Shown here: piece after piece, positions 8,574-14,339 of the stretch | Layout of the letters: every line of letters starts with the position of its first letter | Position numbering within the stretch: the first letter of the stretch is position 1 | DNA from: a virus | Taxonomy: Duplodnaviria > Heunggongvirae > Uroviricota > Caudoviricetes | Strand: one strand, 5' to 3' | Length of the DNA stretch: 14,339 bases | IMG/VR virus record: IMGVR_UViG_2617270984_000006 | The notes under the pieces: model-generated | Databases searched by the model: none | Seen by the model: only the letters and a program-made list of their open reading frames with translations | Told to the model about the DNA's origin: nothing | Translations under genes and position numbers: made by a program

Positions 8574-8869
8574 TCGTTTACGTTGCCGGGCCGATGAGCG
8601 GTTACGAGCAATTTAACCGCCCGGCTTTTCATTCCGCAGCAAAGAAGCTAACGGACAAGGGATATGTTGTGCTTAACCCCGCAACTGTACCCAATGGTTT
8701 GACACAGGCTCAGTATATGGACATCTGCCTCACAATGCTTCGCTGTGCCGATACGATTTATATGCTCAAAGAGTGGGAGTACTCTGCCGGCGCACGTGCA
8801 GAAAACGCGTTGGCAGAGAAACTGGAATTGAATGTGCTTTTTGAAGAGTGGGATTCAGATGGCCTATGA
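8570..8869 (+). CDS. DUF4406-family protein (nucleoside 2-deoxyribosyltransferase-like fold)
   Basis: 99-aa ORF starting MIVYVAGPMSGYEQFNRP...VVLNPAT, the characteristic N-terminal signature of DUF4406/deoxyribosyltransferase-like proteins. GGTGG RBS; ATGA overlap with the upstream ORF. Confidence 0.65.
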   Translation: MIVYVAGPMSGYEQFNRPAFHSAAKKLTDKGYVVLNPATVPNGLTQAQYMDICLTMLRCADTIYMLKEWEYSAGARAENALAEKLELNVLFEEWDSDGL

Positions 8870-9128
8870 ACGTGAAAGCCTTATCGAAAAGCACCTCGTC
8901 GCTGAAGTGAAAAAAGCTGGCGGAGTGGCCTTTAAGTTTGTATCTCCCGGTCACCGCTCGGTACCGGATCGCATTGTCCTGCTACCAGGTGGTCGTATCT
9001 TTTTCGTTGAATGTAAATCACCCGGCAAGCCACCACGGCCTGACCAGTTGCGCGAACATGAACGTCTGCGAAAACTGGGCTTTACCGTAGTGGTGCTGGA
9101 TAGCAAGAACCTAGAGAGGATATTATAA
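8859..9128 (+). CDS. VRR-NUC domain nuclease
   Basis: Likely start at ATG 8859 (MAYERESLIEKH), overlapping the DUF4406 stop; the listed ORF begins at 8832. PD-(D/E)xK-type motif ...VPDRIVLLPGGRIFFVECKSPGK... typical of VRR-NUC. Confidence 0.8.
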   Translation: MAYERESLIEKHLVAEVKKAGGVAFKFVSPGHRSVPDRIVLLPGGRIFFVECKSPGKPPRPDQLREHERLRKLGFTVVVLDSKNLERIL

Positions 9129-9132
9129 AAAT

Positions 9133-9702
9133 TTAGTCAATGCCTTTTTGATTGAACTTCTGATTCTCCAGTATGCCTTGCAGCTCAATATTATCATTTG
9201 CAGCGGTTTGTTTATGCTCATGATATTTTTCTTGTGTATAATTTCTTTCTCTTAGTTTCTGTGCATAATTATTAGAAATAATATCATGACGATCTTGTAA
9301 TACTTGTTCAAGTTGACTTTTAAAGTCCTCTATCTTTTCATTAGAAATAACATTTTTGTACTTTTCAATATCACGGCGAAGTTCTTTTTCTTTCTTCTTA
9401 TTAATGCTTAATAACTGTCGATTAACGCTACCTAAGGACCATTTAAACCCAATCGACTTTATCCAATGTGCCAGAAACATAGCGCAACTGGGAAGCATTA
9501 ATAAAAGAAATGGCTTTATTGTATTTAAATCAGAACCAATATACGGAAAACGACCGTCCCACGAGGACACCAGTAATGTTAAAAAACCAGTGATGCCACC
9601 AGCAGCAACATTAGAAATCAGAGGGACTTTTTCGTAGCTATCAGGTTTAGAGGCGCTACTCAAACGTCCCTCCTTTGACTGATCTTCCAGCACGAATGGC
9701 AT
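9133..9702 (-). CDS. Predicted membrane protein with two hydrophobic helices and a long charged coiled-coil-like C-terminal region (cassette gene C)
   Basis: 189-aa ORF. Hydrophobic segments LISNVAAGGITGFLTLLVSSW and IKPFLLLMLPSCAMFLAHWI, then a K/E/R/Q-rich tail (KKKEKELRRDIEKYKNVISNEKIEDFKSQLEQVLQDRHD...). An alternative TTG start sits after AAGGAGG just downstream of the listed ATG. Very AT-rich. Its stop is 4 nt from the convergent VRR-NUC stop. Confidence 0.6.
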   Translation of the reverse strand: MPFVLEDQSKEGRLSSASKPDSYEKVPLISNVAAGGITGFLTLLVSSWDGRFPYIGSDLNTIKPFLLLMLPSCAMFLAHWIKSIGFKWSLGSVNRQLLSINKKKEKELRRDIEKYKNVISNEKIEDFKSQLEQVLQDRHDIISNNYAQKLRERNYTQEKYHEHKQTAANDNIELQGILENQKFNQKGID

Positions 9703-9904
9703 TCATTGCAATTTTGTAAAATTCATCATCAGAAGAGACATCAACGACATCGCGACGGACAACTCCTTCTGAGTCAACACATTCAAGAACAAGATGATGT
9801 TTAGGCATAAGCGCAAAGCGTAACCGGTCAAACCCCATCTTAAGAACCCAATATAGTACGGGAAGCAGGCTAAAAAAAGCCAGCCAAAAAGCAAAAGCAA
9901 TCAT
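9656..9904 (-). CDS. Small single-pass membrane protein (cassette gene B)
   Basis: 82-aa ORF. N-terminal hydrophobic helix MIAFAFWLAFFSLLPVLYWVL followed by an acidic soluble tail. Strong RBS GGGGAGGGGG immediately upstream on the minus strand. Overlaps gene C by 47 nt in a different frame. Confidence 0.5.
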   Translation of the reverse strand: MIAFAFWLAFFSLLPVLYWVLKMGFDRLRFALMPKHHLVLECVDSEGVVRRDVVDVSSDDEFYKIAMNAIRAGRSVKGGTFE

Positions 9905-9927
9905 AGCCCCCTCCCCATGTGAATCTA

Positions 9928-10806
9928 CTATAAGATGCCGTGTACTTTAACAACTATGTACGTTTTGTCCAGCGAATTCAAGTTCTCACGGACGAGCAAA
10001 TCAACGAAGTAAGCATCACTAAAAACACCAGGTTCTCTTCCCGTACTAACACGTTGTAAGAACTCAGTATCTTCTATAGACACGCTGATTGTGTCATCGC
10101 CATAGTTGACTCGCCAGCCTGTGTTTTTATCCTTATGAATAGTCAAAAATGTGATTAGAGCCTCTTCAATCACCCTTTCAGACAAGGACTGCACTACAGG
10201 AACGCGCCTATATCTGAACGGTTCAATATTATCTTCGTGCACCTTAATCAGCTCAACCCCCTGTTGAGTTGAAATTTTAAGCGATTCGTATCCTTCCTTT
10301 TGCAAAGGATTATGAATTAACTTCGATAAGGATTTGCGTATGCTTGGTGAGGCAAGTAAAGGCCGGAAATATGACGGGGCTATAATTTCCTCACCATCAT
10401 CCATAACTATTTTACAGTCTCCTTCCGCTGTTAAAGTCAACCGTTTTATTTGCCTACCATTGATCTGACGAATTAAGTCAATGAGAGTATTTCCTGCTGC
10501 GAGTGCAGCTGTACCTCCAAGCCCAATAATGCTTAATATATTCAAATGGTCAAGTGGATTTTGAATAACATCAATCAAATACTCAAATGAGCCTTCTTTA
10601 AAAGGCTCAACCTCAACATTAATACACTCACTAGTGCCATTGACAACCAAATTAACTTCTTTAAGCAAGTTGTTTAGTCCATTCAATGACTCAGTTAAAA
10701 CATCCAAATCTATTTTATGATCTGCTAGTGCGGGGCCATCATATTTAACAACTAATTTATCAGTAATATTTTCTTCTTGCTGGACATCTGTATAAGCTGA
10801 GGTCAT
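9928..10806 (-). CDS. Hypothetical soluble protein, 292 aa (cassette gene A); no family recognised
   Basis: Long AT-rich ORF antisense to the replication operon. RBS AAAGGAA about 6 nt upstream of the ATG. Gly-rich stretch IGLGGTAALAAGNTL; no catalytic motif that I can name. Confidence 0.65.
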   Translation of the reverse strand: MTSAYTDVQQEENITDKLVVKYDGPALADHKIDLDVLTESLNGLNNLLKEVNLVVNGTSECINVEVEPFKEGSFEYLIDVIQNPLDHLNILSIIGLGGTAALAAGNTLIDLIRQINGRQIKRLTLTAEGDCKIVMDDGEEIIAPSYFRPLLASPSIRKSLSKLIHNPLQKEGYESLKISTQQGVELIKVHEDNIEPFRYRRVPVVQSLSERVIEEALITFLTIHKDKNTGWRVNYGDDTISVSIEDTEFLQRVSTGREPGVFSDAYFVDLLVRENLNSLDKTYIVVKVHGIL

Positions 10807-10873
10807 AACTGTTCCTTTCGAAATAAATAATTAAGCTATTACTACATAAGTTCATTCATGGAGATACAATACC
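10807..10873. promoter_or_regulatory. AT-rich divergent intergenic region; probable promoter(s) for the antisense three-gene cassette and for the SNF2 helicase gene
   Basis: 67-bp AT-rich spacer between divergent start codons, each with its own RBS (AAAGGAA for gene A, GGAGAT for the helicase). Several weak -10/-35-like hexamers; none singled out. Confidence 0.3.
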
Positions 10874-12271
10874 ATGGACTATGCTATATTTTCACCTCAC
10901 CCCTACCAAGATCTCATCATCAATCATCAAATCGACATTATGCGCTGCAACATCTGGGCAGGCATGGGAATGGGTAAAACCATGGCAACGCTCATTGCGC
11001 TGGAAGATCTTTTTATGGCAGGGGCAGAAACACGCCCCGCACTGGTCCTCGCGCCGCTACGTGTTGCAGCAAACACCTGGCCGGATGAAGCAGTGAAGTG
11101 GGGGCATTTGCGCAATATCGAGGTGCAGCCGATTGTTGGTAATGCCAAAGCGCGCTCTACGGCGCTGGCGAACAGCAACGCAAGCGTGTTCACCATCAAC
11201 TACGATAACCTTGTCTGGCTGGTTGAAGAATTGGGAGAACGATGGCCGTTCGGTATTGTCATTCCAGATGAAAGCACCCGGCTAAAATCCTTCCGGCTGC
11301 GAGGTGGTGGTAAGCGCGCGGCGGCGCTGGGCAAAGTGGCGCATAAGTATGTCCGGCGCTGGATAAATCTCACCGGTACGCCAGCACCGAACGGCCTGGT
11401 AGATTTGTGGGGACAATCGTGGTTTGTGGACCAAGGGCAACGTCTCGGGCGCACTTACGGCGCGTTTACCTCACGCTGGTTCAACTCGATACAGTTTCCG
11501 GGACAGAGCTGGACTAAACTGGAGCCTTTTGCTCACTCACAGGGTGAAATACAGCGAGCATTAGCCGATGTGACCCTCTCGCTGGATGCGGCCGACTGGT
11601 TCGATATCAAAGACCCCATCCATAACGTAATCCGCGTGGATATGCCGCCGAAGGCCCGTCAGCAGTATCGTGAAATGGAAAAGGAAATGTTCCTCGAGCT
11701 GAATGGCGAAGGTATCGAAGCACCGAACGCCGCGGCAAAGACACTGAAGTGTCTTCAAATCGCCAGTGGCGCAGTATACACAGACGACACCGGAAGTTGG
11801 TCAGAACTGCATGACACCAAACTACAGGCGCTGGACAGCATACTGACCGAAGCAGCTGGCGCACCTGTGCTGGTTGCTTATCACTGGAAACACGATCTTG
11901 AACGCTTGCTTAAAGCATTCCCTCGCGGTCGTCACCTCGACCAGGATCCACAGACACTGCGCGACTGGAATTCCGGAAAGATTCCTGTTCTCTTTGCACA
12001 CCCAGCCAGCGCGGGCCACGGCCTGAACATGCAGGACGGCGGGAATATACTGGTATTTTTCTCACACTGGTGGGACCTGGAGCAATATCAGCAAATTATT
12101 GAACGTATCGGCCCCACCAGGCAGATACAGGCCGGACACAATCGTCCGGTATTTATTCACCACATTATTGCTGCCGACACTATGGACGAAATGGTGATGG
12201 AGCGGCGCAACTCAAAACGAACAGTGCAGGACATCCTGCTCGATGCCATGAAAAAGAGAGGTATAGCATGA
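10874..12271 (+). CDS. SNF2-family (DEAD/DEAH-box-like) helicase
   Basis: 465-aa ORF. Walker A AGMGMGKT, DExx box IPDESTRLK, C-terminal helicase motif HPASAGHGLNMQ. Final gene of the replication module. Confidence 0.9.
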   Translation: MDYAIFSPHPYQDLIINHQIDIMRCNIWAGMGMGKTMATLIALEDLFMAGAETRPALVLAPLRVAANTWPDEAVKWGHLRNIEVQPIVGNAKARSTALANSNASVFTINYDNLVWLVEELGERWPFGIVIPDESTRLKSFRLRGGGKRAAALGKVAHKYVRRWINLTGTPAPNGLVDLWGQSWFVDQGQRLGRTYGAFTSRWFNSIQFPGQSWTKLEPFAHSQGEIQRALADVTLSLDAADWFDIKDPIHNVIRVDMPPKARQQYREMEKEMFLELNGEGIEAPNAAAKTLKCLQIASGAVYTDDTGSWSELHDTKLQALDSILTEAAGAPVLVAYHWKHDLERLLKAFPRGRHLDQDPQTLRDWNSGKIPVLFAHPASAGHGLNMQDGGNILVFFSHWWDLEQYQQIIERIGPTRQIQAGHNRPVFIHHIIAADTMDEMVMERRNSKRTVQDILLDAMKKRGIA

Positions 12272-12468
12272 GCGAGAAACCCGACGATTTACTCACCCCG
12301 GATGAAGTATGCCAAAAGTTAGGTATTACACAGAAAACGCTATGTGAGTGGAATATTAAGCATCGTCATCGGGCTATCCTGGCACCAATTCGTTTCAGTG
12401 CAAAAGTAGTTCGTTATGAGCGCCGCAATGTAGACGCTTTTATTCAAAAGTGTCGCAGCCGGTATTAA
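12268..12468 (+). CDS. AlpA/excisionase-like helix-turn-helix DNA-binding protein
   Basis: 66-aa ORF; LLTPDEVCQKLGITQKTLCEW...PIRFSAKVVRYERRNVDAFI fits the AlpA/Xis-type HTH pattern. ATGA overlap with the helicase stop. Located next to the integrase, as excisionase/regulator genes usually are. Confidence 0.7.
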   Translation: MSEKPDDLLTPDEVCQKLGITQKTLCEWNIKHRHRAILAPIRFSAKVVRYERRNVDAFIQKCRSRY

Positions 12469-13870
12469 CCTCGCCGTCGTAGCAATGCCACCTGCGCAAG
12501 TATGCTCCGCTCGTGAGCTTCGAAAGCTTCGCGCTTCAACGCAATCTCTTCCTGTAAAATCTCATCAGAAAAGTCGTAATGTTCTGCCATCGGGTCATCT
12601 GACTTGCTGGAGTGATGAAGGCAAAGGAGGCTGATTTCCCTTCGGTCTGAGCGGGAATAGCCTCTTTCCTTCATCAAGGCAATAACATTGCTCTTAAGGA
12701 ATTTACGGCACATAGTATTAAATGCACCGTCTTTCCCTTTAACAGTCCCATCATGTTTTATTCCTTTTACAGCCCCGTCCGGGCTGTATGTTTTCACTAG
12801 CTTATCCAGTGATCGTTTTGAAAATGGCTGCATTGGATCACGTGGCTGCAAAAATACATAATCCCTATTGCACTCAGGAACTGAATCACGCCAGGCTTTC
12901 TGCTCGTCGATAATCCGCCGGATCTCAGGCGTTATCGGCAGGGGGGAAAGCCTTTTTGTTTTTTCATAGCCCCTCGCATGCCGATAACCCCTTCCGGATA
13001 AACAATTTCACCAGCCTCCTCGTGAACGTAGTCCCAGCGCAGGTTATGGACATTAATCGGACGAACGCCAGTGATGATCATGAAGCGAACAGCATTCTTC
13101 TGGTGTACAGAGGCGCAGGCAGCAACATTGAGCCAGAGTCGGGCGATTGATTCAATATCGGTAAAAAGCCGTGTGGGGGTAGGTTTCTGTACGCGGGAGG
13201 AAACATAATCATCTGGCAGACTGGCGGCAACATTGCGGCCGTTGCAAAGAGTAGGTGCGCAGAACTTCCAGAACCGACGGAGCTCGGCAAACAACTCCAG
13301 GGCGTTATTGTTCGAGCGAGTGGCGATCCACTCGTCCAGCACTTCCACCAGCCGATTGTATGTTACGTCGCTGAACACCTCGCGCTCGCCGAACGTTGCT
13401 TTAATCCGGTCTATACGCACCCCGTAGGTTGTGAAACTGTCCGGGCTCAGCTTCTGCCGTGCGACTTTGGCTTTGAGGTCATCCCGGTACATTTCCAGCG
13501 CTGCATGTACGGACTCTGCCCGCAGGCCACCGTCAGCCATACCTAGCGCTTTTTCGCGCGCCAGCTGGATAGCGAGCTCCGGCCACTCGCCGAGCTTTTT
13601 ACCTTTGAGGCCCATCTTTTTTGGAAACTCGGCGTAAAATGTAACCTTACCGGCTTTGCTGAAATCGATACGGAGATAGTTCTCTTTTTCGTATTTGGAA
13701 CGGCGAGCCACACCGGAAGCAGCGAGGATGATTTTGGCGGCAGCAACACAGATTTTCATGTGTGCGCTGGTATAGGGGGGTTTACAGGCGTCCCATTTTT
13801 CAGATGCGGCTAAAACATCGTCATTATTGGGGCTATCCGGATTATGTGTTACAGTGCGCGGCATTCTCAA
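12465..13870 (-). pseudogene. int: Tyrosine-type phage integrase interrupted by a 1-nt frameshift in a homopolymer (or sequencing error)
   Basis: Two ORFs in different frames, 12932..13870 and 12465..12851. The upstream ORF carries box I (ITGVRPINVHNLRWDYV). The downstream frame, read back to 13007, gives EKTKRLSPLPITPEIRRIIDEQ...YVFLQP... and the C-terminal LHHSSKSDDPMAEHYDF (His and catalytic Tyr). The frames can only switch within the T6 run at 12959-12964; one extra T would give a continuous product of roughly 465 aa. Confidence 0.75.

Positions 13871-14339
<469 letters not shown>

Noticed and set aside
9129-10873. Three-gene cassette interpreted as a lysis cassette (holin/endolysin/spanin) or as Kiwa/RexAB
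   Set aside because: No endolysin-like catalytic motifs in the 292-aa protein, and the location and antisense orientation inside the replication module do not fit a lysis cassette. Gene number and order do not match Kiwa (membrane protein first, two genes) or RexAB. Treated as unassigned.
12956-13749. Small + and - strand ORFs overlapping the integrase (12956..13150 +, 13078..13290 -, 13233..13427 +, 13431..13637 +, 13543..13749 -)
   Set aside because: Shadow ORFs within the integrase coding region, with no RBS or protein-like composition.

Overview
This window reads as the integrase-proximal ~14 kb of a prophage-like integrated element in an Escherichia/Salmonella-type enterobacterial chromosome. 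Left to right: an AT-rich hexapeptide-repeat acetyltransferase (+); lambda-like tfa and the distal part of a side tail fibre gene (both -); an apparent rearrangement junction (~2245-2375); then a + strand phage replication module (start-less ORF, DUF2800 Cas4-like nuclease, DUF2815, family A DNA polymerase with proofreading motifs, small PerC/ANR-like ORF, DUF4406, VRR-NUC, SNF2 helicase, AlpA-like HTH); a frameshifted tyrosine integrase (-); an AT-rich putative att region; and the host ferredoxin-like gene yfhL. Two AT-rich insertions interrupt the replication module: a convergent two-gene pair (4852-6288) and an antisense three-gene operon encoding a soluble 292-aa protein plus two predicted membrane proteins (9129-10873). 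I cannot assign either to a named family from sequence alone; they are the best candidates for an undescribed accessory (defence or exclusion-type) system. No rRNA, tRNA or CRISPR array was recognised. All family assignments are from motif recognition by eye; no database search or computation was run.
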